Shown here: positions 14,555-33,045 of the stretch, in pieces
Position numbering within the stretch: position 1 is the stretch's first letter
How the letters are laid out: each line of letters opens with the position of its first letter
Assembly (NCBI GenBank): GCA_051294375.1
Contig: CM119267.1
Location: 17,958,992-18,022,991 of the forward strand
Source: Paraspadella gotoi
Lineage: Eukaryota; Animalia; Chaetognatha
Direction of reading: 5' to 3'
Length of the DNA: 64,000 nucleotides
Position numbers and translations under genes: made by a program
Notes under the pieces: model-generated
Told to the model about the DNA's origin: nothing
The model's database searches: none
The model's input: the letters and a program-made list of their open reading frames with translations, nothing else

Positions 14555-16459
14555 CAGAGAAGGCGGTACATAAATTTATGTACAAAACAAACAAAAAGTA
14601 TTAAGTCTACATAATTTAAACATATAAAAGTATTTTAAATTAGTTATGAGTTATCATCGAACCCTTTCCGTTTTTTATGAGAGAGAGAGAGAGAGAGAGA
14701 GATTGTACCTGCGAATCGCGGAAAAAAGTCTTCCTATCCAAAAAATGGACAGTTTGAGTTCGAAAGGTCACAACCAAACATTTTCTTTTCGATCGTAACA
14801 AAGTTATCGGAGACAAGAAGACATCTCTATTGTCTCAGCGACTTGATTTATAGGTGCTCTTGAGAAAACCTGGAGTGAAAAGCGGAGAAGTACGATACAC
14901 AAGCTAGGAGCTTGCTGATTACGAAATGTATTGAAAAATAATACGTATTCAGTATTTTAAAGCTTTTTCGCCGACTCTAACGACCAAGTCCTAACCCTAC
15001 TAGCCGATTGAGTAAACCAATGGCTATAGCAGGATCGAGAAATGAGATTTGAAAATCGTCAGTATCCTAATAAGTCAAACGCCACCCTTAGAAAAGACAA
15101 CATCCCACTACAAACAGGAATCGGAGCTACTAGAAAATATAAGAAAAAATCGGGTAACCGGTAGTAACTTTTACAAATATTATGCGACCTATAATCGATT
15201 ACTTTTTTAATAATCTGATTAATAATACATAAAATTCAAGAAAAAAGCCACGGCTGACCAGCATTCACTAATCCTCCTTATCCAAGCAGCAATATGAATG
15301 TTTTCCTAAAATGGGTAAAAGGTTATAGTGATAAAATCCACCCTATACGCATTTTAACTCAAATCAATGCAATCAAACTTTACAAATATACGCAGCGTTT
15401 ACGTCTTATATCTGTTTTAGTATAAAATTATCCTCTAACACCATCTGCTGTGAGAAAGCCCGTGGAAACCAATCTGCAGTGGCTGTCGAAATGTCGCTCG
15501 CCATGACATGGGGCAGTTCACAAGGAAAAGAAGAAGCAAGCAGTGCAGACTAGAAGTCCGCCGCACATCACGGAAAAAAAAAGCAGGACGAGAAGGGAGA
15601 GAATTGTGTCAGAAGTTTTGACTTAAATCGTATTAATCTTTTTTTCTTTCAATGAACAGCGACGAAAGTTTTGCTTTCTATCTTGATTTTAAAAGAATGA
15701 AATTTGATTGATCGTTCGTTTGATTACGTTATTAATCGTTATTTTCTTTACTACATTCATTTTTTTCTCTTTTGTTGTACGAAGGTTTTTCAATAGTCAA
15801 TGATATCTATAATATAGATTAAGTGATTTGAAAAACAATGAAAGCGTTGGTGGCCAGAAACCGGGTGTGCAGACGGAAAGAAAGAATTAAGACTTCGGGC
15901 TGGAATAACAAGAGAAGATTACGATTTCCAACCATTTTGGCAAAGTTGAGCCTTCAGGCTCGGGTCAGAATTTTTCGATCAGCGTTAATAATCAGTAAAG
16001 TGGAACGATGCACTTGGAAATCGTAGTAAAATTACCTTATTAAGAAAGAGCCTTCGTTTTTCACATTTTTTTTCCCGCGCTTTTCAGTAAACAAAAACCA
16101 TTTTCCAGAAAAGCCCACGTTTTAAAACTTGCCCTCATATAAAAACAGTCTCCGCCTCAGGCCCGGTGGAAAGAAATTTGGAAGATTTCCTCCCCATGCA
16201 CAAGGGAATGACGTGGGCCTCGACTTTCGATCCAGCAAAATCTTGAATAACACTGAAAACTGTTTGTTTTCCTCTCTTGGGAATTAGGGTGAAAAGGTCG
16301 GCAACCGCCCCGATTCGACCCCGCCTTTCGGCTCTTCTTCTTCTCATATCATCGAGCCGATCTCCGTTGAAAGAAATCTTCCCCCCCCCCCGCAACGTTT
16401 ACTAAGGGAAAGAGTTAGAAAACGCGATGACCAATTTTGCGCCCTGAATCTTTCAGATC

Positions 16460-16740
16460 TGGGAATCGGGGGAGGGATAAGGGATCGGGGGGAAGGGGGA
16501 GAGAAAGGGAATGGGGAGGTATAAAGGGATTAGGGGAATTGGAGGAAAAAGGGATCAGGGGTAAGGAGGCAGGGTAAGGAATCGGGGAAGGGGGAGAGAT
16601 CGGGGATCGGCGGAGAGGGGGAGGGATAAAGGGATAGTGGACGGGGAGGGATATTGGAATCGGGGAAAGGGGGAAGGATTAAAGGATAGGGGAGAGATGG
16701 AGGGACCAGGTGATTGGGGGAAGGGGTAAAGGTATCTTGG
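16460..16740 (+). repeat. Purine/G-rich degenerate tandem repeat (gggatcggggg / ggataaaggga units)
   Basis: About 280 bp of mostly G and A, with many GGG tracts. Confidence 0.8.
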
Positions 16741-18239
16741 ATAAAAAAAGTCCGAGTATTAAATTTTTGCTTTTTTTTTTACGGAGATGAGATTATCGGG
16801 ATCATAAATATTGTGCGATATATCTTACGCTGATTGTGTCTTATTCGTCAAATTACAATTGTATCACTTAACTTTGCCTATTATTTTTATTCTATTTCAT
16901 ATTTTTTGTGTTATTATTTATTTTCTACTTTTTCGTTTAGGCACAAAAGACGCATTAATCACGGCTTTTAAACTTAAAACCACCGGATTTTATCTTCTGG
17001 ACGGAGAAAAACATGATTTGTGATCGGCGATAAATGTCAGAAGCAAATAAGAGAAAATATTTTACTTTGAATTAAAAAAATTTAAAAAATTGCGGTTTAA
17101 AAAGAGAAGAGAAAAAAAAACGCGATCAAGAGAGAAAAATCTCTACAACAACTGACAACGGGGAGGGAGAAGTTTCTCGCGTTTGTACGAACGGACCGCG
17201 AAAGAATGTGATGTGTCATTTTTTGCTTGAAAGAGACAAAAGAAAGAAAAGAAAAAGATAGGGAGAAAGAGAGAGAGGAGGAGAGAAGAGAAGGGGGAGA
17301 GAGATGACCGAGAGAGGAGAGACGGAGAGAAGAATATTAATGGGGTTTTGTTTGTTCTTGATTTGTTGGTAAGCCAAAAAACATTAAATAAAATTCGCTT
17401 TACGACGCGACCGATTCTTCATAATCGTTTTCGAACATCAATGATAAAAAATAATATCTTTTTTTATCATCAGGCACGCCATTACCCAGCTCATCTTTGG
17501 AATAACGTACATGTACAGGTGTATCCCTATCCTACATTTTCCCGAGTCAATCGCATCGACTTATTTTTAAGTCCGTCCGCTTAAAATCTCCTCCAATTGG
17601 CGCCCCCCCCAATGACCTGTTCTACCCACGTCGTCATTCGACCCAGCTCGTTCAAAACTTTAACAACAATCATGTCTCCTTTCAGTTTCTCTCTCATCTT
17701 CCTTCCACGCGACCAAATCGCTTCTTCTAATCTTCGCCTTAAATTTTATCTCATTTTCTGAATAACTCTTGACCTCAACCCAACCATCCTCGGCATCATC
17801 CAGCTCGGCGATCCTCCTCCTCTTCATCCCACTCGATCTGGTCCTCGCTATCGTATCGCCTCCTACTCTCTGATTGGTCAGTCTGTCAGTCAGGCAAAAA
17901 TGTGAAAAGAATCAAGATGCAGATGGTGAAAATCATCAGAGAATGATATCAAACAGGCGAAGAAGATGAGAGAAAAGTTAAGGAATGTAATAATACTCAG
18001 TGTCAGACAAAGTACGAAAATTAACTGATTAAATTTTATAATTATCAAAATGATGAGTTGATCCTGATGATCAAACTCAGCTTCACCTCCAAAACTATAA
18101 AATAAAAGATTATGGATGGAAAAATATTTTGAAAATTCTGTCGAAGGATCACGCGGTTTCGACGATGTTTGTCAATTCACAGAGTTTTCCGCAATAAAAA
18201 AAACAATAAAATAAATTGAGTTTTGAAAAAGAATTTTGG

Positions 18240-18339
<100 letters not shown>

Positions 18340-18669
18340 AGTCTCTCATTATCTCTTCACACCATCACTCACTTATTCCGTCTAGTGTCGCCTAAATCAG
18401 TAAAAGTTTAACGAGGAACTTTTTTAAAAAATTCCGTTAATGTTTGTATTTCAAGTTCACGATTGCTATTAATAAATGAATACTTTGTATGGGAATGACA
18501 TTTGCTTTTACTGATCTTTTGGAGTGGTTAATAATATTAAAGTCATTGTGGTATCAACAAAGCTCGACTTTCTAATATCATTCTTTGAAATATTATATCA
18601 CTTCATTGATAGGGAAGGCAGATGCTCTGGGAGTGAATAAACGGGACTATGAGAGAGTCTGGATTGAAA

Positions 18670-18805
18670 GCTTGCAGGGACCTGCTATGTCATTATCTTG
18701 TAAGAGTGATGGAGGCCTTAAACCACCGAAGCCTGTCCAAAGTCAGGGGCAAGATAGCTTATTTATTAAATGATTTTTATATTGGTTGTACCAATTTCAT
18801 ATCTT
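18670..18805. mobile_element. Dispersed repeat family C fragment
   Basis: attatcttgtaagag...tttttatattggttgtaccaatt matches ~40270-40400 in reverse complement; the terminal motif is also at ~47995-48025. Confidence 0.55.
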
Positions 18806-20427
18806 TATCCTACTATTGGAAACTCGATAATTGCTTGCTTTGAAACCCATAGTCCTCGTCTCACCTGTTGGCCACATGATGGCTCCTTTGCTGTTCAATC
18901 GCGAAATCGGAAACAAAAAAGAGCAGGCGGAGATTTCGTCTTTTTGGATGTGAAAAAGACAAGAGGAAATCTTGGAATTTTTGACCCGGAGAAGAAGACG
19001 ATGACGATGGAATGAGACGTCGAAAGAAAATTCCAGAGGAAAGAAAACTCCAACAAAAATAAAGTTTTTTTTTTTTCCCCTTCCTTCGTCTTAAGAAGAG
19101 GTTTTCGATTGTTTTTATTCGACTGTATTTTTTTTCTCCTTTTTCCCTCTTTTTTTCTCGGCGATTTTCTTTTCTTTTGTTTATTTATCGCTTTGTGGAA
19201 TTTTGTTGTCCTTTTGTTTTTGTCGTCCTGATATTCGCTTCAATCTCGCGGGATTCTCGAGGAATGTTCGACGCCTCCCCTTTCGAGTCAGGCCGGGATA
19301 AATTCAAAGGTTTTTGATTTCTTTTAATTTTCTGCTTTTGTTTTTTTTTAATTAGTTTTTTTCGTTCGTCTTGTAGCTTAAATATTTTATCAAGATTTTG
19401 TTTTTCGTTTGTTTTTTCGTCTTCTTGAAATTAGAGACGGCTGTTGAAAAAAATGAATGAGGAATCATTAAGAAAAAAAATATTTTATAAGTCTAACGAT
19501 CAACAGCCAAATACGAAATTATTTTTTGGCAAGATAACGTTCTTAACGTCAGCAAACATGACTATTCGTCTATTACAAGTGGAATGAAAAGTCGAAAATT
19601 CCTTCTTTTTATTTAGAGGTTTTTGAACTTTTCTCAAACGCCGAGAAAATTTCAACTACAATGAAGGATGGGCCGACCTCGAGAAGGTTGTTTCGTTGAT
19701 GTCCTTAATTAAGGATCGTAATGAAATTGTTTACATTTTAATTAGATTCACAACATCAGCCTATTTTCGGAAAAGTTAAAAGTCAACCTAATTTGGTTTC
19801 ATTCTACGAGGCTGAATTCTATGTGAAAAATGCTTTCAAGTTAAACATCGGCATCTGATACATTTAATTAACTGAATTAGACTTTAAATATTTAGACGAT
19901 ACAGCTTTTAAATTTTTTTTTTTAATTGTCACGAATCCTTTACCTTTTTAACGATTGAATCCTGTTTTTTCTCACCGAAGAGGACGATGCTATGAGGATG
20001 ACAGCCGACGACGACGACGACGACAAATTCTGTCGTTTCAGAGAAGCAAGTGATAGTCCGATTTTGGTTTTTCTGGTTACAATATTTTCCTTGTTTTTAC
20101 CTTAATTTTTTTTTTGTTGCTCGATCCTTTCATCTTCTTTCGCTACCCGCGGCTCTCCATTCGCACGAAAGGTCGGCCCACCGAATTTAATTTTAAAAAA
20201 TCCAATATTTTTTTTTTTATAAAAACAAAAATAATCGTGACGGACAAGTCAGTGTTTAGCTTTTTTATAATAACTAATGTTGGAGAAAAGCAAGCCTCCT
20301 CTTTACATTGAGATACTTAAAAAGCCGACGCAATTCCAGCTTAAAAAAATGATGACAAATGAACATGAAACACGAAACACGAACCGTGTGAGTAGATGAT
20401 AAAAAGTATTCTCTCTCTCTCTTTCTT

Positions 20428-20516
<89 letters not shown>

Positions 20517-21649
20517 TCTCTCCTCTCTCTGTTTTTTTTTCTCCAGAGGTCAGAAACTGTTTCCGCTCTTCAAAACTTGAGTCAAGAAAAAGGAAGTTGA
20601 GGATTTCGACCAAAGGATTTAAATGTTTTCCGTGGTTTTGTTTCTCTCTCGGGGTTAAGTGTTTTGCCTTTTTTAAACAAATATGAACAGAAGGAAGTAA
20701 TTGAAAAAAAAATTAAAGGAACTTGTAATTGTAATCATAGACAACCTCTTTCATCTAAGTCAAAAATGAATCCACTGAGTCGTAATGAAAATTGTATTTG
20801 TTTTATTCAAGTCAAATATTTATTTAAGCATTGTGGATGTTGTTGCTCCACACCATTTCATTTTTGCGGAAGTCGTGGCAATGAAAGAAATTTAGAAGAA
20901 TAAACAATTTTAAATAAGATTTTAGGATGAAAATTATGCGGGGGAGGGGGAAGGCGTGAGAGAATGATCACAAAATCGAAGCGAGCCAAAGAAAAATAAA
21001 AAACTTTTCGAATAAGAGCGCGTGACTGAAGTTTAAAGAGTTGTGAAAGATGAAGCGAAACACGAGACGGAAAAAATATGATGAAATTTTAAAGAAATTA
21101 AGTAATAATTTTAAACTTTAATTATATACTGATTCGGCTATCACCCTAAATTTCTTGGGTAGAAACAATGGAATAATACTAATAGTCAGTCGGTAGAAAT
21201 AAATAAAATGGAATAAAAAACAAATGAATGGAAGGAGCATAATTCAGACTGAAAATTTAAATTGGTAACAAATGACTTGGGAAAGTGTTTGAATAAAAAT
21301 AAAACGAATTAAGAAAAAACAAACTTTATGTTTATTCCCGTATAGCACTTCTTCTCTCATTAAAGGGATGCCATGAACAGTTTTCATTAAAACTTAATAG
21401 TCAATTCGGCCTTCCTGGAGACCAATACGCTCTGGAGGCCTATGGAAAACGAAGAGCAAGGTTTTTCTTAAAGAATTAATGGAAAAAGAAGAGGAACGAA
21501 AAGGAACGGAAAAGGATAACGTTTTGGGAAAAAAAATAAAGGAATTCATATATCATAATTTTTTAATATTTGTTATTTTTGTTATATATTAAAAATTAAG
21601 GTTACAATAAATTATATTTAGGAAATAAATTAAGAATAAGTGTAAGTTT

Positions 21650-22349
21650 TGTAGTTGGGCATTGCCTAGGTTCACCCCGCCTATAAGCATGATACCTTCT
21701 GTCGTGACCCGGTGGCTCATTGAGTAAAGCCATCAGCTTATGACCATTAAGTACTAGGCTTAATCCCAACCCGGTACCTACCCTGCGGGAAGCGTAAGGA
21801 CGGCCGTAAGCCGCCTTGAGGGCGTGGAAAACCCTCAAGCCTGGTTCCAAGCCCAGGACCCGTTCTATGGCTGCTAGAGGGGGTTAAAAAAGTTGCGGAT
21901 AGTACTCTTCAGCCCCACTTAGCACCTTATCCATACTGGTGACTGGTGAGCCCATCCTGTCGAGTGTGTTCCAACCTTCTGATTCCAGGCCCATGGACTT
22001 GCTGAAGATTGCTCCCCTCCCTCCACTGGGAGCAGTACAGGGTGGGTTACAATCTGGGGGGCATGGAATTGGGCATCGCTTAGGTTCACCCCGCCTATAA
22101 GCATGACACCTTCAGCCATGACCCAGAGACTCATTGAGTAAAGCTATCAGCTCATGACCATTAGGTACTGGGTTCAATCCCAACCCGGTACTTACCCTGC
22201 GGGAAGCATGAGGACGGCCGTAAGCCACCTTGAGGGTGTAGAAAACCCTCAAGCCTAGTTCCAAGCCCAGGACCCGTTCTATGGCTGCTAGAGGGTGTTA
22301 AAAAAATTACGGATAGCACTCTTCAGCCTCACTTAGTGCCTTATCCACA
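21650..22349 (+). mobile_element. TRIM-like miniature LTR retroelement (LTR1 21650-21935, 128-bp internal region, LTR2 22064-22349)
   Basis: Two 286-bp direct repeats offset by 414 bp, both starting TG and ending ccaTA / ccaCA. A PBS-like TGGTGAC follows LTR1 (21937) and a G-tract PPT precedes LTR2. Flanks AGTTT and AGTTA form a near-perfect 5-bp TSD. No coding capacity. Confidence 0.8.
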
Positions 22350-23688
22350 AGTTAACTAGAAAAATAAGTTGACGTTAAAAATAAGTAAATTAGGGTGAGG
22401 GGTAAGTTAGGGTTAAGGGTAAATTTAAAATTAAGTTTTGGCTTAAATATACAAGAATTTAAAATTTTAACAAATAATATTTTAATATTAATAAATTTAT
22501 AAAAAAATATAATAATAAGATTTACAAAGTAACAGAATTTTTAATTATGATTAAAATGATCATTTATTAATTCGGAAAAAGAGAGATATATCAAGGTTAA
22601 AATTGCCCCTCTCTCTATCTTTCTTTCTCTCAAAGTTAGAATCCAAATATTTTTTAAAACTATCCAAACTGGCTGATGATGGTTCAAAAAACAAGAACCA
22701 AAACATCTGAATGATTAAATGATCGTGGTAATCAAAAATAAAAACTCTTACTTTATAAATATCTATCAAAAGCAATGAAAAAAAATAATACAAATACTAA
22801 TATTTAAAAAACATTTTTTAAAGAATTAAAAAGAAATCCTTAGCCCGTGAAGCTTATCAACGTCTTAAATATCATTGACATTGACAATGACAATGACATT
22901 GTTGTTACGGTTTTAAATTTTATTTTCTATAAAGAAATATATATATTTTTTTCTCTTCTTTCTCTTCGTTTCCCATAAGCCTCCAGAGCGTATTCCACTC
23001 CGGGATTGCCGTCAATTCCGACCTCTTATTTAACAGTTTTAGTTAATAAATACCACCAACAGAGAGAAATCTTTTGTTTTCTTCCAGGAAGCAACTTCCC
23101 TCTTTTGGACGAAGAGTGGAGTCTCCCTCTCGCTCTCTGGAGTTCGTCCGCTCTATCTCTCTCTCTTTCGCTAACTCACCCAGCCTCATCTTCTCCCCTC
23201 GTCCTGGTAGTGCTCAACGTAAACAAAGAATACGGGGCGCACTCGTTGCTGCGGCCCAATTGCGCAATTGCGCAGCAACCGTCGACGCTGTCGTCGTTGT
23301 CGTGACTCATTAGCCAAGTTGGCTTTATTGCGATGAACTTTATGAATTTTATCAGAGATTTTTCATTAATATTCAAATTTTTTACGCAAAACCTTGTCTT
23401 ATTTTATTTTTAAATAGTAAAAGACAAACCTATTTGTTTAAATCATTGAATTTATGAGTAAACTCATATATTTTTTATCTATCGTTGCATCCAACAAAAA
23501 CTGATAACTCCAATGATCGTATTCGGCGCTGATCTTCGAAAACCCTCGTGATATTACCGTCGCTTGTCAACCATTTTGACCCGTAACCAAGGAAACGAAC
23601 GCAACGATAGTGAAATTCAATCGGCCTCAACGAGAAACGACCATCCCATTCCCTAGTCGCCCCCCAGGACTAATCCGTGCTCCTCAGC

Positions 23689-24509
23689 ATGGCGTACCAA
23701 ACTTTCCAGCAAGAGTACATGCAGATTCCACCGATCACGCGCGCCTACGCCACGGCCTGTGTCGTCACCACGGTGGCCGTTCAGCTTGACCTCATCACCC
23801 CGTTTCGCCTTTACTTCAATCCGACGCTGGTCTTCAAGCATCTGCAGCTGTGGCGACTGGTCACCAACTTCCTCTTCTTCGGCACGGTCGGCTTCAACTT
23901 CCTTTTCAACATGATTTTCACTTACCGCTACTGTCGGATGCTGGAGGAAAATTCCTTCCGCGGGAAGACGTCCGACTTTTTCTTCATGTTCCTCTTCGGC
24001 GGAGCGTTGATGACCGTCGTCGCTGTCTTCACCAATCAGGTCAATTAGGATTCTTGACTGCTTCTGTTATCATCGAAATCTAAATTTTCTCTTCCCACCC
24101 ACCATTTCAGGTTTTTCTAGGTCAAGCCTTCACCATCATGTTGGTATATGTCTGGTCCCGGCGCAACCCGCTCATTCGTATGAACTTTTTCGGTCTGCTC
24201 ACCTTCCAAGCGCCTTACCTGCCATGGGTGCTCCTGGCCTTCTCTCTGCTCCTGGGAAACTCCGTCATAGTGGATCTGATGGGCATCGCCGTCGGTCACA
24301 TCTACTTCTTTCTCGAGGACGTACTGCCGCAGCAGTGGGGCGGCTATCGACTCCTGCGGACGCCAGAGCTTTTTAAGCTCATCTTCGACGATCCGCCGGA
24401 GGATCCCAATTATCGGCCGCTGCCGGACGATGAACGCCCCGGCGGCTTCAACTGGGCCGGCGGCGGTGAGGGTGACGTTGCCGACGAGGCCGGGGCAGAT
24501 CGCGGATAA
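23689..24509 (+). CDS. DERL2: Derlin-2/3 ERAD rhomboid pseudoprotease
   Basis: Exons 23689-24039 and 24111-24509. [20 protein letters not shown]...[11 protein letters not shown]...[14 protein letters not shown]...[20 protein letters not shown]...[10 protein letters not shown]...RPGGFNW matches Derlin-2 family motifs. Confidence 0.95.
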
Positions 24510-25167
24510 GATTGGCGGGTGATATGAGAAAAAGAGAAACGTTCCGGCGACCTTCCCTCGAAATGTAACGCCTGTGATACTCTCGCGTCCTCTGTTCTCT
24601 CGTTTGGGCGCTGTTAGCTTCGCATGCTTTCGTCTGAAGCCAGTCTCCTTTTCCAATTAGGAAAACAAATCGCCGTGTCTGAATTCGCTCGAATCTTAAT
24701 TACGGCCGCACTCGGCCGATTCCTACTGACAATCTAGTTTAAAATGTTGACATTTTTTAAAAATAGAACACCGCAAAAGGACTATTTGAAGCGTCCGATT
24801 ATCAGCGTTGTAGTTGGTCTGTTGGAGTAATTATATGAAAGTCGCTTTAAAGTTTAATGTAAAAAGAATTTTAAAGATTTCAGTATATAAAGCTTTTTTT
24901 TTTCATTAATCTCTCAGTATTGCCGATACTTAAGTAATGTAATATTTTTCGGGTTAATTACTGCGACGCTCAATAACTTCAATATTTTTAGCTAGTGATT
25001 TTTGAGAAGCTATCTAGTTACAATTAATTAGAATCTAGTAGTTTAATGCCCGCGTATTTCTTTATTTTCTTTTGTGATAGTTATTTTTTTATTGACAAAA
25101 AAATCGAACCTTGAAATACTTTTTTTAAGTAGGAGCAATCGTGGAAATCTTTCTCAATCAATGATTA

Positions 25168-30180
<5,013 letters not shown>

Positions 30181-30374
30181 TTTCCCTTCCTGACCCCGCG
30201 TCGCGCTCTCGTATCCGGTACCTAATTATCCGGTGGGCGCCAAATCATCACCAAACGAAGGCGCTCGGCTTTGGATGCCAGGAACGAACGAAGGCGACCA
30301 GGGACTACGGAAGGGAAATAAGAAACATTGAACTCGATCCCGATGACATAGACGACGATGATGTCGCTTTTCAA

Positions 30375-30445
30375 AATCGACCTTTCATGACGTTCTTTTT
30401 CGGAAACCGGATATGTCCGGAGGAAGAGAACCGATACTCGTTGTC
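30375..30445 (+). promoter_or_regulatory. Type 2 SECIS element in the TGR 3' UTR
   Basis: AUGAC at 30387, 10-bp helix GUUCUUUUUC/GGAAGAGAAC, unpaired AAA, apical mini-stem CCGGA-UAUG-UCCGG, and CGAU at 30432; located ~210 nt after the Sec codon. Confidence 0.9.
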
Positions 30446-31147
30446 AGTGTCATTGGCTTACTTTTCTTATTTTTTTTTTTCAAATTAAAGCTGGCCTTAT
30501 ATCTGTTGTCTGTTTCTGTCTGTTTTATAACGTATATTTTTCAGTCTTTTAAAGCCTTTAAAGATCATGTACGATGACATCTGCCCGAGGGATCGCACTT
30601 ACAGTCTCCGTGCCGGCGAGTGGAATCTCTCAGTTCCCTTTTATATACTTAACAAGGTTGTAAGCTTTGGCGCCGGAACAATAATGGAAGCGGTTTGTTT
30701 TATTTAGTAATTTATCAGCAATACCGTTTAACTTTTGTTGGCTGTTTCCTGTGATTCTTTTAACGTGTTTTTGTTCTCCGTTTTGGGGATTTTTTTTCGA
30801 ATATTGAATGTATCGAATTGTATGTAAAAATTAAATTTTTAATCGAAAAACCCCGCCGATCAATTATGGATCTTTGAAAAAAAATCCGCTTTTTTTATAA
30901 AAGGATGACATTTTTGTGGTAAAGCACCTGGTGAAATATTTACAAAGAACATGATCGATTCGTTTCTTTTTATTAATTTACAGAGCAGTCACGAAAGTGA
31001 CATGTGTGCAAGTTCTGTCGCCACGTTCGACTCGCTTTTAGACCAAGACTTCTTGAAAAAATATGATGACGTAAAAAACCTAACAAATAAAAACTAGTCA
31101 AATCGAAATCTTTCAGCGAGTGAACGCCGAGTGATAAATCAAAAACC

Positions 31148-33045
31148 ATGTTGATGTTGCTCAATTACTCAAATTACGAGATGTTGGGATCCCCGCAGCC
31201 TTGGCTGACGCCTACGCGCCTTAAAATTATTCTGGCGATAAGTAAGTTTACAATCACTAATCTAGCGGAAAGTTTTTCGGACACGAAACGGAGATTTCGA
31301 TCCAGAACTCATGAATTTCATTTTTTTTCTTCAGGCTTGTTCGTCCTTAGCCTTTGTTCCGCTTTTTTACCATTGAAGTTTTTGGCGCTTGCGAGAAACG
31401 GTCCTACAGGGCAGAGAAGAACCTATCAAAAAGTCATCAGTCTCCTGAGCTGCTTTGCTGGTAACGTCGTATTCTATGATTTTTTGTCGACATGAGATCA
31501 AAAACTTATGAATGTCAGCTAATAATCTCTCTCCTACAAATCAGGCGGCGTATTTTTGGGCGCCTGTTTTCTCGATCTATTTCCAGAGGTAAAGGAAACG
31601 ATGGAAGAAGCAATGGATGGACTAGGGGTATCAACGAAATTTCCTCTTCCGGAATTCGTTATGATTTACGGTCTCTTTGTTGTGCTCATCGCCGAACAGG
31701 TCAGAAAGCATTTGAAACTCTGGATCTGACAGGACCTCGAGTAAGTTCATCTCTAAAACTTTTCCAGATCGTAGTGTATTACCAGGAACGCGGAATTAGT
31801 ACGGCAATTGCTGGTAAGTGTCGCATCGGCTTTATTCCATGGAGAATTCAAAATCCAAGACATTTCAATGTTACGATTAGGTCACGGACACAGTCACGGC
31901 GGCGCCGGCGGCGGTCGCGACGTTCGCCATTCTACCCGAAACTCAATCGTTCATCGACCCGTCGACGCCGACATCATCGAAGAGGAAGAAAACGTGAGCG
32001 TCGTCGAACCGGAAAAGTCCCCGTTGATCGCCGCTTCTTGTTCAACGCGCGGAGGCTATGGGTCTTTGCCCGCTGATCAGCAGAGGCCGTCCACGTCTCA
32101 GGAATGCCCCCAAAAAATCAATGACCTACGTCCGTACCAGCAGACTGCTCAAGAAAGTGGATCACTCGATTATAGCCACGCCCACGCAAACCATCATGCG
32201 GAGCAAACTGGTACGTAGTGTTTCTAATGGTTGTACAGTTAAGCCCTCTCCTTCGGGAGCTTCATTAAAATTTTTTTACAATTCTCACATTTTTCGCTAT
32301 CCAGAAACCATCCCTCATCACCACCATCACCATCACCATCACAACGAGCAGCTTAGCGATCGTCACAACGCCCTCCGCGCCGTCTTGCTCTTACTCGCGC
32401 TTTCGCTTCACTCCTTATTTGAGGGTTTGGCTTTGGGGCTCCAATCCAACCAAAACGACATCGTTCAAATTTTTTCTGCGTTGACGGTGTGTTCATGACT
32501 CTTCTGTTAATTTTTTATATTTACTTGAACTCTACAGTTTCTTTTAGAAAACTAATTAGAAAAGCCTGATCAACAATGACCTAATAAAAGTTTTCTTTTA
32601 AACGAAAGTCGTTCTTGAAAAAAAATTTAAATTTTTTTCAGGCTCACAAGCTGGTTATGGCTTTTTCTTTGGGTTTGAATCTTGTCCAAAGCGACCTAAG
32701 CCTTCGAACTATAATCTGCAGTGTGATTTTTTTCTGCAGCACCTCGCCGATTGGTAGGTCACTATGTTCCTTTAAGATTGGTGTAAAATTTCTCTATTCG
32801 CCGAAACCCCTCTTTCCTCAGCCGCGGCCATTGGCATCGTGGTTTCGGAGTCCAACCAAACTCCATCGGCGACGTTGGTCAGCGGAACTCTACAGGGTCT
32901 CGCCGCTGGGACATTCCTCTACGTGACTTTCTTCGAGGTTCTTCCACACGAGATGAATTCTGGCGGGGACAGACTCATCAAGGTGCTGTGCATCGTCCTC
33001 GGATTTTCCTTCATCGCCGCGATGATCATGCTCTTGCCCGATTAA
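31148..33045 (+). CDS. ZIP (SLC39A1/2/3-type) zinc transporter
   Basis: Spliced frame SLLSCFAGGVFLGACFLDLFPEV...PLPEF...His-rich loop...LLLALSLHSLFEGLALGLQ...HKLVMAFSLG...LQGLAAGTFLYVTFFEVLPHE. The start may instead be 31154 or 31181. Confidence 0.92.

Noticed and set aside
21895-21935. Minus-strand CUGAAGA as a canonical hammerhead
   Set aside because: No stem II followed by GAAA downstream
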